A stretch of 64,000 nt of DNA from a virus (lineage: Duplodnaviria; Caudoviricetes). Of this stretch, positions 36,586 to 46,602 are shown piece after piece. The notes under the pieces are model-generated. The model did no database searches. It saw nothing but the letters and a program-made list of their open reading frames with translations, and had not been told where the DNA came from. Positions within the stretch are counted from its first letter, which is position 1, and every line of letters starts with the position of its first letter. The stretch covers positions 1 to 64,000 of the IMG/VR virus record IMGVR_UViG_3300006752_000019; one strand, given 5' to 3'. The position numbers and the translations under genes are program-made.

Positions 36586-37264
36586 TTTCTTTCCAGCTTT
36601 CCCAAGAAAACTCTTGAGAACAAAAATGGTTAAGGTTTGGATTACCGAAGGTTGGAGACTTGCCGTGTGAGCGTTCGCATACAGCCTTGAACATTTGAAA
36701 CGCCTCAAAGTCTTTACGATTCTCGTAGTAAATGCTTTTTACGGGTTCTGTAGCCACGCGCATCTTGTCGAGTGCGCGTTGAATCTGGAAATCAAACGGA
36801 TGTTGATTGTTTTCTGAAAAGTAAACATGATCCACACCATCAAGATCCATCATGCTCATTCCAAAATGAAAAACATTATTGTAAACATATGAATCATAAA
36901 ATGGAACTGCCACAAGAATATCATCTAGCTCAGATTTAACTTTGCCAAAGTCAAGAATATTCTTTTCGCTTGTGTAGGTTTTTGTATAGAGATTCTTTGC
37001 TTGCCTGATACCCTCGTTGTTTTTGGCGAAGAAGACAAGCTTGCTTGGTTTTTCATCGCCGTCATAAACCACGGGAAGTTGAATGCCGAATATAAGCTTT
37101 TGTTCTGCATCAATACATTTTTGATTCAGATCTCGGAATCCATAGAAGCTATCCTCAACAACTGTCAAAGTATCTAGCTTTGCTTCTTGAGCAAGGTCTA
37201 GTATTTTTTGGATTGACAAAATAGATTTGCCAACACTATACTGCGACTTTAATAAGGGTGTCAT
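36572..37264 (-). CDS. Stand-alone PHP domain homologous to the DnaE N-terminus
   Basis: KSQYS....L.I..I...A, FYGF, K.IFG, AKNNEG....NL; metal-binding His residues appear lost. Confidence 0.75.
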   Translation of the reverse strand: MTPLLKSQYSVGKSILSIQKILDLAQEAKLDTLTVVEDSFYGFRDLNQKCIDAEQKLIFGIQLPVVYDGDEKPSKLVFFAKNNEGIRQAKNLYTKTYTSEKNILDFGKVKSELDDILVAVPFYDSYVYNNVFHFGMSMMDLDGVDHVYFSENNQHPFDFQIQRALDKMRVATEPVKSIYYENRKDFEAFQMFKAVCERSHGKSPTFGNPNLNHFCSQEFSWESWKENEKA

Positions 37265-37307
37265 TGTTTATATGATACCCGCATTGCTTAAAATGTCAAG
37301 ATAAATT

Positions 37308-38516
37308 CTACTGATTTGGATCAGGAAGGTCTAATTGTTGATCCTCTTCTTTTTTATGATTTTTTAATGCTTCCTTGAAGTCAATCATGGGGAGTTGGTG
37401 ATGAACCCACTTATCCTCATAAATAAATACATCTAAGCCTTCAATTGTCCAGCCATGTTTCTTTAGTAGTCCTGCATAGAAACTCATTTGAAGAGCATAC
37501 TTGGTTAGCTTGTTGGCTGGCAAGTGATCAAAAGGCGGCAAAGCTTTATGGTGTGACTCAATTACTTCAGCATTGATATTAACCTTGTAGTCCTGCACAC
37601 GCGCAATCTTTTTGCGGCGATCAATAATGGCAAGTCTATCGACAAGACCGCCCCAGCCTGTAGCTGAGTCTGTAATCAAAGCCTCTGCCACTACCTCTTC
37701 AACTTCAAACTTCTTGTCAAGACCATGCACGAGTCTATTGCAAGACTTGATGATCTTTTTAAGAATAGGATGCTTTGGCATCGCATAGTTTTCTGTTTGA
37801 GGTTTGCCAGATTTTTTACGTGCAGCGGTGATTGTATTGCCTGTTGCTTCGTGATTAATATAATGTTCAAGAGCATAGTGAACCACGGTTCCAAAGTCTC
37901 CAGCAAGTTTGCCGTTTGAAGCCCAAAGGTCTTGAATCTCGTCTGATTCAACGCCCCAATATTTTGCACATTGACGCGATACTCTGTCACCATCAAAAGG
38001 TTTGTAGAACCTCTTAATGAAAGTTGTGCCGCCTTTTAGCACTTTGTATTCTCCGTTGTAGCGCATATTGTAAATGTGCTGAGTATCATTGAAGTCAACG
38101 ATGATATCAGGCTCGGAAAAAGAATGCTTGGTAATAATTACATCATTTTCAGAATAGTCCTTGTCTGGAACCTTCAGGATAACATCAATACCAATTATCT
38201 CACAATTCTCAGACTTATCAAAACTAATAGAACCGTCTTCTCCCTTATACCATATCTGATCAATTTCTCCATGAATAACATCAAGATTGCTGTGACACCA
38301 AGATTGAATAACAAAAGGAACGCCATCTTTCTTGCGAGGAACATAACCAATCTTTTGTTTTTGGTATTCGATACGAATAGCTTTGGGATCGTATGTGTTT
38401 TCTGGCTCGGCAAAAAGAAACACGGTTTCTCCAATCTTAATATCTGCATATTTAAGATCTGGATTTTCTTTGAGAGTAAATGAAATACCCGCTACACCTA
38501 CTGTTATTTTATTCAT
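37308..38516 (-). CDS. HIRAN domain fused to a PD-(D/E)xK exonuclease
   Basis: N-term VAG.SF...EPENTYDPKAI....IGYVPR; C-term GTVVH..LE, E..I.D....G.VD, DYK, YALQMSFY. Confidence 0.75.
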   Translation of the reverse strand: MNKITVGVAGISFTLKENPDLKYADIKIGETVFLFAEPENTYDPKAIRIEYQKQKIGYVPRKKDGVPFVIQSWCHSNLDVIHGEIDQIWYKGEDGSISFDKSENCEIIGIDVILKVPDKDYSENDVIITKHSFSEPDIIVDFNDTQHIYNMRYNGEYKVLKGGTTFIKRFYKPFDGDRVSRQCAKYWGVESDEIQDLWASNGKLAGDFGTVVHYALEHYINHEATGNTITAARKKSGKPQTENYAMPKHPILKKIIKSCNRLVHGLDKKFEVEEVVAEALITDSATGWGGLVDRLAIIDRRKKIARVQDYKVNINAEVIESHHKALPPFDHLPANKLTKYALQMSFYAGLLKKHGWTIEGLDVFIYEDKWVHHQLPMIDFKEALKNHKKEEDQQLDLPDPNQ

Positions 38517-39576
38517 AATGGAATTTGTATTGTTTCTTAAATTTAAGCAGACTTGACCCGAAGGATTTGTTTGCGTTCTTCTTTCGGAACTCTGCGTCCA
38601 TACTCTCTGCAATTTCAATCAGCGCTTCACAAGAAGCTTTGTGATCATAGTTTTTGCAACGAGTGTGATATAATTGTATATCTTCGGGAGGCATGACTCC
38701 AAAATCGTTTTCATGCGGTGGCACAAAAAAGACAGTTTGAAAATCAACAACGTCTATCAACTTAAAGACAGACTTAACTGCACCTTCAAAGCCAACATTG
38801 TTTTTGCTGTCAAAATCATTGTTGTATGAAATATAAATTCTTTTCAAGTCTAATGCTGAAAGTCTTGAGATAAACTTGGGTGACATGGATACGCCGAAAG
38901 AAACTAGATTGTTTTTGATGCCCTCTTCGTAAAGTGAGAGAGAGTCACCAACAGACTCAACAATATGAACAGATTTGTTTTCTGCGATTGCTTGAGAGAT
39001 AGAGTCGTCTACATAGTAGGGATAAAAGAAAGTGTTTTTCTTTCCTGTAATCAGCCATTTTGGGCCTTCAAACTCTGAAAGTGTTTTGCGACCTGTAAAG
39101 CCATGAACTCGCCCATCAGAACGAACAATTGGAAAAACAAAGCGGCGATACATCTTGCCTTGCGTTGCAAGTCCTCCTTTATAAACTCTAAGAGTCTTTT
39201 CTGAGATTTTCTTGTTGATCTTTTGATATAGATCATACTGAGGCAAGAGTCTTTCGACACAACTGATTGGGTAGCTTTTTTCTTCTCTCAAGAGTTGTTT
39301 ATGAGGTTGTCGCTCACCTTTGATAACACTGTTTGTGTTTTTTAGATAAGCTTTGAGTTGAATAGGATCGTTAGTTCCAAGTGTTTTTTGAACCAGAGCT
39401 TGAAAGGGCAGGTAGAGACTATCTTCTACAAAGTCTTTCCATACTCCAGAATCTTTATAGATTTGGATTGCTTGAGGGTTGTCGCCTCCACGATATACTG
39501 CTGTTGTTTGCCAGTATGCACCACAGTCCTTGAGGTTGTAACCCAAGTCTTCTAAAACTTTTTTGAAGTCGCTCAT
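38509..39576 (-). CDS. dnaG: DnaG-like primase
   Basis: R.VFPI....G.V.GFTGR, KW, Toprim VESVGD, YNND...N.G; Cys-less zinc-finger-like N-terminus. Confidence 0.8.
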   Translation of the reverse strand: MSDFKKVLEDLGYNLKDCGAYWQTTAVYRGGDNPQAIQIYKDSGVWKDFVEDSLYLPFQALVQKTLGTNDPIQLKAYLKNTNSVIKGERQPHKQLLREEKSYPISCVERLLPQYDLYQKINKKISEKTLRVYKGGLATQGKMYRRFVFPIVRSDGRVHGFTGRKTLSEFEGPKWLITGKKNTFFYPYYVDDSISQAIAENKSVHIVESVGDSLSLYEEGIKNNLVSFGVSMSPKFISRLSALDLKRIYISYNNDFDSKNNVGFEGAVKSVFKLIDVVDFQTVFFVPPHENDFGVMPPEDIQLYHTRCKNYDHKASCEALIEIAESMDAEFRKKNANKSFGSSLLKFKKQYKFHYE

Positions 39577-41129
39577 TATTGTAGAATTTCAGGAAGCTCT
39601 GATTCTTCATCTGCTGTGGTTGGGTTCGGGGTTTCTCCTCCGTGAGCAATGAAGTTAGCAATGTCTTGTCCATCGCCGCATTCTGTTACAGAGAAGTTAT
39701 GGATTTTGAGGTTAATCCAGTTGCGTTTCTTGGTTCCATCGTGCCAGTTGACAGGGTTAATGTGTCGCAGAGCATCGCGACCCAAGTGACGCGATTTCAG
39801 GTTGATGAATTTATGGGTTCCAAACTCCACACCCTCTTCAGTAATTTCTTCGACTACTTTCTGACGAAGTAGGAAAAGGTGAGAACAGAATTGAGTAATC
39901 GAGTCTGAAAGAGATACAACGCTTTCGTCATCGACAATAGAATCTGCACCACGGTTTGTAGTGATGCCAAGTCTATTAGACTGCACAGAGCTAAACATAG
40001 ACACACATGGCTTGCCATCGAAACAAAGATCGCGATGAATTGTTTGTTTAAACTTGTGAACCATATAAGCAACCTGTTGCCAGCCGTCAGCCTTGCCCAT
40101 GCTTGCGAAGTCACTCTTAATATAGTCAAAACTAAAGATAGCCTCGTTGCCGCGACCTACTTTAGAGTAGTAGACGCGCTTAAGAAGCGATGCCATTTCA
40201 TCTGCACTAAGACCAGCAACATTAGCGTAATAAAACCTCATGCCTTGGCCTTCTTTGATCTTCTTAAAGGTGTTTCTGACTCTTCGAACAACTTCTTCTG
40301 CTGGAAGTCCGTTGTAGCTGGTATTGCGCCACTTTCCTGTTTCTAGAAGGAACATTGGGATTCCGCTCATTGCAGAACATTGACGCATAACAAGCTCTTC
40401 CTCGCTCATTTCTCCGTTATCGAAGTGAATCACGGGAACATCATGCTCCGCGCCGACCTTCGTGCAGTAGTCTAGAGAGACTGTTGTTTTGCCTTGACCA
40501 GAACGCGCAACAACAACTGTGATATTGCCAGCGCGAAGAAGTGAGCCATAAATCTCATTGATGCGCTGATGCGGCCCCATTAGGCCAAAACTTTCTTGCG
40601 GATTATTGCCTCGCTCTTCGATCATCTCCTCCATAATATCAAAGAGGTTTACTGGGCCAGAATCGCCGCCTTCAAAGCTCTGAAGGTCTTTGTTGTAAAG
40701 TTTGTCTGCTTGATCAATCAACTCGCCATAACTAAGCTCTGGATCGGCTTTTTTTACAAACTTAGCAACCTTTGAGCAGGATTCATATACAACACGGCGA
40801 GCCGTAATCTTCTTTAGCTCCTGAACGTGAGAAATGAATACTTCCTCTGTAACTTTAAAATAAGCAAGAGAGTGAATATATTCACCAACATCAATGCTGT
40901 CAGGGAATGAAACACCCAAACGCTTGATCTGCTCAAGAAGAATTGTATCGTCAATCGCATCTCCTTTGTTAAGCGCACCACGAATAAGCTTGAAGATCGA
41001 AATATTAACTTTCGAGTCTTCGCTATAAAAGTCGATCTCGCCAATGAAAGAGGCAACCTCTTCCCATTTGTGCTGATGCTGAATAAGTCCACCAAGGACT
41101 TTCTTTTCTAGGTCAAAGGAGTGGATCAT
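39576..41129 (-). CDS. dnaB: DnaB-like replicative helicase
   Basis: ARSGQGKT, GEMS..E...R, FDY, VQ.NR, S.SITQ, K.RH. Confidence 0.88.
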   Translation of the reverse strand: MIHSFDLEKKVLGGLIQHQHKWEEVASFIGEIDFYSEDSKVNISIFKLIRGALNKGDAIDDTILLEQIKRLGVSFPDSIDVGEYIHSLAYFKVTEEVFISHVQELKKITARRVVYESCSKVAKFVKKADPELSYGELIDQADKLYNKDLQSFEGGDSGPVNLFDIMEEMIEERGNNPQESFGLMGPHQRINEIYGSLLRAGNITVVVARSGQGKTTVSLDYCTKVGAEHDVPVIHFDNGEMSEEELVMRQCSAMSGIPMFLLETGKWRNTSYNGLPAEEVVRRVRNTFKKIKEGQGMRFYYANVAGLSADEMASLLKRVYYSKVGRGNEAIFSFDYIKSDFASMGKADGWQQVAYMVHKFKQTIHRDLCFDGKPCVSMFSSVQSNRLGITTNRGADSIVDDESVVSLSDSITQFCSHLFLLRQKVVEEITEEGVEFGTHKFINLKSRHLGRDALRHINPVNWHDGTKKRNWINLKIHNFSVTECGDGQDIANFIAHGGETPNPTTADEESELPEILQ

Positions 41130-41350
41130 AGAAGTTCGTTTTCTTCGGTGTAAATCTTGAGGGTTGAGTGCAAAGCAATATTTGCACATTGGTTGGATGT
41201 TCTTGATGTTAGTGTAGGTTCTCCGTTTTCATTGATAAAGAAAAGAAGATATCCTTTGTTCGCGCCATCTGGCGAACCAGTTGCATCAAATAATTTTGAT
41301 AAAATGGATATTGGAAGTTGAGGGTCTTCTGTTTGTGTTTCTGGAGTCAT
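41126..41350 (-). CDS. Hypothetical protein
   Basis: ORF track; coupled on both sides. Confidence 0.6.
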   Translation of the reverse strand: MTPETQTEDPQLPISILSKLFDATGSPDGANKGYLLFFINENGEPTLTSRTSNQCANIALHSTLKIYTEENELL

Positions 41351-41757
41351 TATATTGCGCCTAGTTCTTTAAGTAAGTCTACAGAGATTGAATCAGATTG
41401 CAAGACCCTAATCATGGTAATTTCATTATTTTCACAAAAAAGCTCTTTGTCGTTATCTCTTTTTAATTGTTTTAAAAAATTGTGCTTGCTTCCTTGGTGT
41501 AGATGTTTGTTATAGCTATAATGCTGTGCGCCATCAACCTCTAGTGCGATCTGTCGAGATGCGTTATAGAAGTCAATGCTCATTTTAGTGCCAACCACGG
41601 GCAGTTCTTCAAATACAACATCTGCAAACCAATAAGGGTAAAGAAGGTCTTTTACGCTTTTCTGAAGCTTACTACGACAACCAGCATCCCAATCAATACG
41701 ATACTTGTGGGAGCTTGCTAGTTTTTTCTTTGCGCCATAAGCTGTATAAAAAATCAT
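41350..41757 (-). CDS. Vsr/DUF559-like endonuclease
   Basis: IDFY, ALEVDGAQH, RD..K..FC..N.I..IRV. Confidence 0.75.
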   Translation of the reverse strand: MIFYTAYGAKKKLASSHKYRIDWDAGCRSKLQKSVKDLLYPYWFADVVFEELPVVGTKMSIDFYNASRQIALEVDGAQHYSYNKHLHQGSKHNFLKQLKRDNDKELFCENNEITMIRVLQSDSISVDLLKELGAI

Positions 41758-42896
41758 ACGTGAAGAATATTTTGCTCAACGAACTTTCTCAAATACTTGG
41801 TGAGTGATTCATCTGATTCAAGAAGATCGTAGATTTTGTTAATACCCTGAATAGACTCTGGAAAATCAAAGCCACCTTCTGTGATGTATTTGAAAAGATC
41901 TTCTTCAGCCTTGAACCAAGAACCCTTTTTGGAAATAAATTCCCAAGAAAGAAGAAGGTCAACAATTTCACGCTCGATCCAAACGCTCTTGCCGCCCTGA
42001 CGACCATACTTAACTGGATATCTAATAATACGTCCAGAAGTTTCATTATCAGACTTACAGATTTTTGCTTTGACGTAATGACCAATCGCTTTGTTGCTGT
42101 CGCTCATTTGAGCAGCAGGATTTTCAAGAATCTTGTCTTTAGAGAATTGACGCTGAAACTCAAGAATCCAGTTTGGATAGTGGAGTTGTGCGTTTGATCC
42201 AGAAGCAGAAGTTTGGTTATTTGGGTCTGCGCCTTCGTATTGTCCTTTGATTGCTGTGCGAACTTGAGAAATCATAATACAAAGGTGGCCAAACTTACCC
42301 ATACCCAAGCTTACCCTTCTAAGGAAGTCTGAAGAAAGTAACGCACCTGCGGCGACTTTGTTTGCCTCGCTGGTTGTTTTATGAATATCTTCTTTTGAAA
42401 CAAGACCATCCATGCTATCAATAATCATGCAAAAGCGGGTCTTGTTTGGGTTGTTTGTCATAATGCCACGAATAAAGTCAAAAACCAAATTATAAACATT
42501 TGATTGTAGAACTAGACAAGTGCCATCTACCCATTCTTCTGCTTGATAAACAAACTTCACTCCAGACCTTGCTCGCATCTTTGGCCCCAATCGACCCTCC
42601 GCTTGAATGTATAGTCCACGCGAACCTTCTTGGTTGGCGAGCATCTCATACATGATTTGCAATGCTTCGCTAGTCTTGCCGCACTCGTTGCCGCCAGTAA
42701 AACGAAGAAGACCTGACACAAAGCCACCACCGATCTCAGAATCCATAATCATTGATCCGCTGGATACAAAACTGTCATCAGCAATAGACTCCTCAAAGTT
42801 GAGGTGGTCTTGCTTGTTGGATTGCATGAAGTTAGCGGCGAAAGTTGCCACATCTGCCTTTTTAGGCTCCTCTTTAGTTTTCTTTTTTGCTGCCAT
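41754..42896 (-). CDS. recA: RecA/UvsX-like recombinase
   Basis: SSGS...D..IGGG, GGNECGKTS, IIDSMDGL, ISQVR, G.NA..HY, K.GSWF. Confidence 0.85.
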   Translation of the reverse strand: MAAKKKTKEEPKKADVATFAANFMQSNKQDHLNFEESIADDSFVSSGSMIMDSEIGGGFVSGLLRFTGGNECGKTSEALQIMYEMLANQEGSRGLYIQAEGRLGPKMRARSGVKFVYQAEEWVDGTCLVLQSNVYNLVFDFIRGIMTNNPNKTRFCMIIDSMDGLVSKEDIHKTTSEANKVAAGALLSSDFLRRVSLGMGKFGHLCIMISQVRTAIKGQYEGADPNNQTSASGSNAQLHYPNWILEFQRQFSKDKILENPAAQMSDSNKAIGHYVKAKICKSDNETSGRIIRYPVKYGRQGGKSVWIEREIVDLLLSWEFISKKGSWFKAEEDLFKYITEGGFDFPESIQGINKIYDLLESDESLTKYLRKFVEQNILHV

Positions 42897-43338
42897 TTAA
42901 AAAATCTCTTAGTGTTCGTATTTTGGGTTTCACTGTATCTTCTCCAATTTTGTCGATTTGTTCAACAAAATCTTCTTGGTTTTTTGGTAAATATAAGTAT
43001 TCTCGATGTTTTTTTTCAAGATATTTGCGCCCATCTTTAGAACGAAGATATCTAATTGAGTTTTTAAATTTAAATGGAGGTTTTACCTTAGATAAAAATT
43101 CAATATCGTTATCAAACCATTTAAAAACCTGAGTTGCCACCATCATGTCCATAGACATATCTTCAGACTTTTCGCCATCCAACATGCGAACAACAAATTT
43201 TTTTCTTTCTCTAAAGAAAGGCTTGGCTTGTTTCTTGGGCTTGGTTGCGCTAAAAACTTCTCCACAGTGATTGCACTTGGATGCTCTTGCGCCAATTAGT
43301 TGCTTGCATTTTGGGCATTCTTTTTTACCACGGGGCAT
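42874..43338 (-). CDS. Zinc-ribbon protein
   Basis: CPKC...C.HC at the N-terminus. Confidence 0.6.
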   Translation of the reverse strand: MPRGKKECPKCKQLIGARASKCNHCGEVFSATKPKKQAKPFFRERKKFVVRMLDGEKSEDMSMDMMVATQVFKWFDNDIEFLSKVKPPFKFKNSIRYLRSKDGRKYLEKKHREYLYLPKNQEDFVEQIDKIGEDTVKPKIRTLRDFLNGSKKEN

Positions 43339-43371
43339 ACGATATTAGTATGCCTTGCTTTGAAGAATTTG

Positions 43372-43485
43372 TCAATCTTCTTTTGCGACCCAGCAAATAA
43401 AACCAATAATGCAGACAACAGCAGCAAGCGCAGAAACTGTTTCAACTGGAGTAATTTTAATATTCGTAGGATTGTCGATTTCCAT
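43372..43485 (-). CDS. Small single-pass membrane peptide, 37 aa
   Basis: Hand-translated MEIDNPTNIKITPVETVSALAAVVCIIGFICWVAKED. Confidence 0.45.
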   Translation of the reverse strand: MEIDNPTNIKITPVETVSALAAVVCIIGFICWVAKED

Positions 43486-43486
43486 T

Positions 43487-44521
43487 TTAATTTAATTTTA
43501 AATCGTTTTCTACCATCTTACGAACCAAATCTTGAAAAGAAGATTTTGGTTTCCATCCTAGTTCTTGGCGAGCAAGCGTTGAATCGCCGTGAAGAAGTGA
43601 AACCTCTGCTGGGCGATAATATTCAGGGTTGATTTTTACCAAGACCTGAGAACCGTGCATATACATTTCGTTTTCTTTCTCACCAACCCATTTACAATTT
43701 TCTTGACCAAAGCCAGCATACGCAAAAGCAAGCTCTACAAACTCACGAATACTGTGAGTTTCATTTGAAGATAAAACATATTCTTTTGGAGATTTATTGT
43801 TTAACATTAACCAAACGCCCTCAACGAAGTCTTCCGCATCACTCCAATCGCGTTTTGCATCTAGGTTGCCAAGTTCAATAGCTGTAATAGGCTCGCCTAG
43901 GCGAGCTTGGTGAAAAATTTCAGAAACGCCTTTGGTAATCTTGCGAGTAACGAATTCTTCTCCACGGCGAATCCCTTCATGATTAAGGAGCCAGCCTTGA
44001 ACTGCGTAAATATTATATGATTCGCGCCAAACCTTTACAAGCTGTCGAGCAGCTACTTTTGAAACACCATATGGGCTTCGTGCTTTTGCTGGATGTTTTT
44101 CATCTTGAGGGCTATAATCTACATTTCCCCATTCTTCAGATGAACCTGCGTTGTAATAACGACAATCAGGACAGTGTTTGCGAATAGCTTCAACCTGATA
44201 TAAAACCGCCATGAGGTTGGTGTTCATGTGGTTAACTGGCATATTCCAGCTATTACCAACAAAAGAATTAGCTGCAAAATTGATAAAGTAGTCTGGTTGT
44301 TCGTTTTGGATTACCCACTCAACATTGGCTTGGTCGGTTACATCTAAATCAATTAGCTTGAATCTTTCGTGGCCAACAAGGTGTTCGATGTTTTGATGGT
44401 TCTTTACAGACAAACGCCTGATCCCGCCAATGATTACATTTTCAGTGTTGTTAATTAGATAATCGGCCATATGGCTACCATCTTGTCCTGTTACGCCTGT
44501 GATTAGAACTTTTTTACTCAT
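43487..44521 (-). CDS. gmd: GDP-mannose 4,6-dehydratase
   Basis: ITGVTGQDGS, AANSFVG.SW, AGSSE, SPYG.SK, NHE..RRGEEFVTRKIT, LGNLDAKRDW, YYRPAEV. Confidence 0.93.
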   Translation of the reverse strand: MSKKVLITGVTGQDGSHMADYLINNTENVIIGGIRRLSVKNHQNIEHLVGHERFKLIDLDVTDQANVEWVIQNEQPDYFINFAANSFVGNSWNMPVNHMNTNLMAVLYQVEAIRKHCPDCRYYNAGSSEEWGNVDYSPQDEKHPAKARSPYGVSKVAARQLVKVWRESYNIYAVQGWLLNHEGIRRGEEFVTRKITKGVSEIFHQARLGEPITAIELGNLDAKRDWSDAEDFVEGVWLMLNNKSPKEYVLSSNETHSIREFVELAFAYAGFGQENCKWVGEKENEMYMHGSQVLVKINPEYYRPAEVSLLHGDSTLARQELGWKPKSSFQDLVRKMVENDLKLN

Positions 44522-44834
44522 CTTCTTCTGTTGTGGGAAACAGAGCGTTTTGCAAGGTCTTCTTTGCCAAGAAAACTTTTTCTCTGTAGTTGTTTATATT
44601 CTTTGCTTTTCTTTTAAAGGCCATATCGTATTCGCGATTAGCTTCTAATAACTCATCATATTCACTGGAACCCAAAACATCCAATAATTCATCAACACCA
44701 AGCTCGACACTGAGGTTCAAAGAACAATCAACTAAAGATTTTTCTGTTTCTTTAGTCTGTTTCTTTTCGTGTTTAATTTTTAATTTACAATGATAATCAA
44801 ACGCATCCGATTCTTTTACTAAAAGTTTAATCAT
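44514..44834 (-). CDS. Hypothetical protein
   Basis: ORF track. Confidence 0.55.
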   Translation of the reverse strand: MIKLLVKESDAFDYHCKLKIKHEKKQTKETEKSLVDCSLNLSVELGVDELLDVLGSSEYDELLEANREYDMAFKRKAKNINNYREKVFLAKKTLQNALFPTTEEDE

Positions 44835-45703
44835 GGGTTAGTGAATTGTTCTATTTTGTTAATTAGTTCTGTTTCTATGAGAGTTTCTTGGTTTTCGTCT
44901 TCGAAATTCATCATAAAACTTTTACCGTTTTGAGCAATATCTTTGCACTTTTGGTCGTTATTCATGCACCAATCTAATACTGCATTAAAGTCTGAAAAGT
45001 CTCTCTCAACAGGAATGTAGTGAACATATGGTTGTAGAAGGTGTTCGCAAAGCCACGAATGGTATCGTGGTAATGGCATAATTGGAACTGAGTTCGAAGC
45101 AAGAATCCAATTGAGACTGCTGGACTTGTCGTTACCATCAATTACTGGCAAGTATTTGTGTTGAACAAATTCATTTACTCCAGAAAAACCTTTAAGCCAT
45201 TCTATTTTGTATAAAGGATTATGTGTTTTTATGTTTTGCGAATAATCTGAAAACGCTACATCGTAAACACCGAAATACTTTTGCACAAAATTAATGCGCT
45301 CATTAAAATGCATATTGTGGCCTGTGTCTGCGCCTCTCCAAAACACAGTGTTGCTTTTATCTTCCCAATTTATATCGTGGGAAGCATTTATTGTCCAATG
45401 GCGTTTTTTGTTTAGGTTTGCAATAACGCCTGTAGACTGTTGGTTAAATGTATCTCTTGTCTTTACTAGAACTGGATAGTTTTCGCCTATATATGGCTTG
45501 TCTCCACAGCAAAACCAAAGGCTTTTATTTTTAGATAGATTATGATAGCGAATGATATCATCATTATAATGAAGACGAGATGGTATCTCCTTGTCAATTT
45601 TGAAAGGATGATCAAAAGGTAAAAAATGAATGTTCGGAGGCTCTTGATTAGTCCAAGCCTTGCCAAGATAAAATTTTATTCTTTCAGAGGTAGATATTTT
45701 CAT
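44831..45703 (-). CDS. Glycosyltransferase family 90 (CAP10/POGLUT-like)
   Basis: FWRGADTG, KY...IDGN..S..L.W.L.SNS, L.PYVHYIPV..D.SD, IA.NG..F. Confidence 0.82.
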   Translation of the reverse strand: MKISTSERIKFYLGKAWTNQEPPNIHFLPFDHPFKIDKEIPSRLHYNDDIIRYHNLSKNKSLWFCCGDKPYIGENYPVLVKTRDTFNQQSTGVIANLNKKRHWTINASHDINWEDKSNTVFWRGADTGHNMHFNERINFVQKYFGVYDVAFSDYSQNIKTHNPLYKIEWLKGFSGVNEFVQHKYLPVIDGNDKSSSLNWILASNSVPIMPLPRYHSWLCEHLLQPYVHYIPVERDFSDFNAVLDWCMNNDQKCKDIAQNGKSFMMNFEDENQETLIETELINKIEQFTNP

Positions 45704-46560
45704 TTTACTTTTACTAGGTTTTCAAAGTCAAAATCTTCTTCAATATCTTTATTTCCATCAACGTAAAATTTATAAAAGTCATTTAGATACTTTTCTTTTT
45801 CAATGCAAGCTTTAATTGTGTCATTATACTCTCCTGCAATCAAAAAATCTTTTACAGCTTTAAAATCTTGAATGTCGATATTGAGTTTTTGCATCTCATT
45901 GAAGAAAGCGGCTCTAACCTGATATCTAAATTGAATAAATTTTTGGTCATGCTCACATTTAAGAACAAGATGGTTCGTGTTTGGGAAAAGATAATATTTC
46001 AGATTATGGTCGATAAACTCATACTTGTCTCTGTGTAGATGACGCACATTCTGCCAATATTCATCCTTCCAAAATGGCATAGTGGTGATTTCAAAAGATT
46101 TACTGATGCCAGCCATGCCGCTATGAGGGTTGAGTTGATAAGCAGAGCGTTCATTGTATTTAAAAAGAAAGTGTTTGTTTCTGAGGAAGACTCCATCAAT
46201 TCCATTGTCGTCAAATCTCTTAATAAGGTTTGGCAGCATTGCGGCGAAGTCTACATGCATACGCTCAAGCGTATCAATGGTCATAAACCAATCGCCGTAT
46301 TTGATTGGCCCGTGATAGAGTCCAATGTTGCGACTAAAGTCTGTGCGGTTACACCAAGGAGCGCGAAGAATCTTACCTTGTTTCTTGTTGTTATAAAGGT
46401 ATTGTAATCCTTCTTCTAGCCTTTGGCCAGCCTGTAAATTTTCTTGATCTGTATGATAAACCCATACCAATCCATCAAAGTATTCTTTGATAGGCTCGAT
46501 CAATTCTTTCAAGTGGTCGCCGTTGTTGGCGTTGGTCATTCCTGTGAGCCATAGTTTCAT
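45700..46560 (-). CDS. Putative glycosyltransferase-like protein
   Basis: GT-A-like order (APWCNR.DFSRN, WF..ID..E, HNLKYY); start re-assigned using the upstream promoter. Confidence 0.45.
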   Translation of the reverse strand: MKLWLTGMTNANNGDHLKELIEPIKEYFDGLVWVYHTDQENLQAGQRLEEGLQYLYNNKKQGKILRAPWCNRTDFSRNIGLYHGPIKYGDWFMTIDTLERMHVDFAAMLPNLIKRFDDNGIDGVFLRNKHFLFKYNERSAYQLNPHSGMAGISKSFEITTMPFWKDEYWQNVRHLHRDKYEFIDHNLKYYLFPNTNHLVLKCEHDQKFIQFRYQVRAAFFNEMQKLNIDIQDFKAVKDFLIAGEYNDTIKACIEKEKYLNDFYKFYVDGNKDIEEDFDFENLVKVK

Positions 46561-46602
46561 TTGAACTATTCTAGGCTTAGGATATGTATTTTTCAAAAAA
46601 AA

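Noticed and set aside
36572-36590. Programmed frameshift fusing the PHP and exonuclease ORFs (AAAAAG)
   Set aside because: Fusion would need a +1 shift, whereas A-AAA-AAG is a -1 signal; an ATG overlapping the stop region explains coupling more simply.
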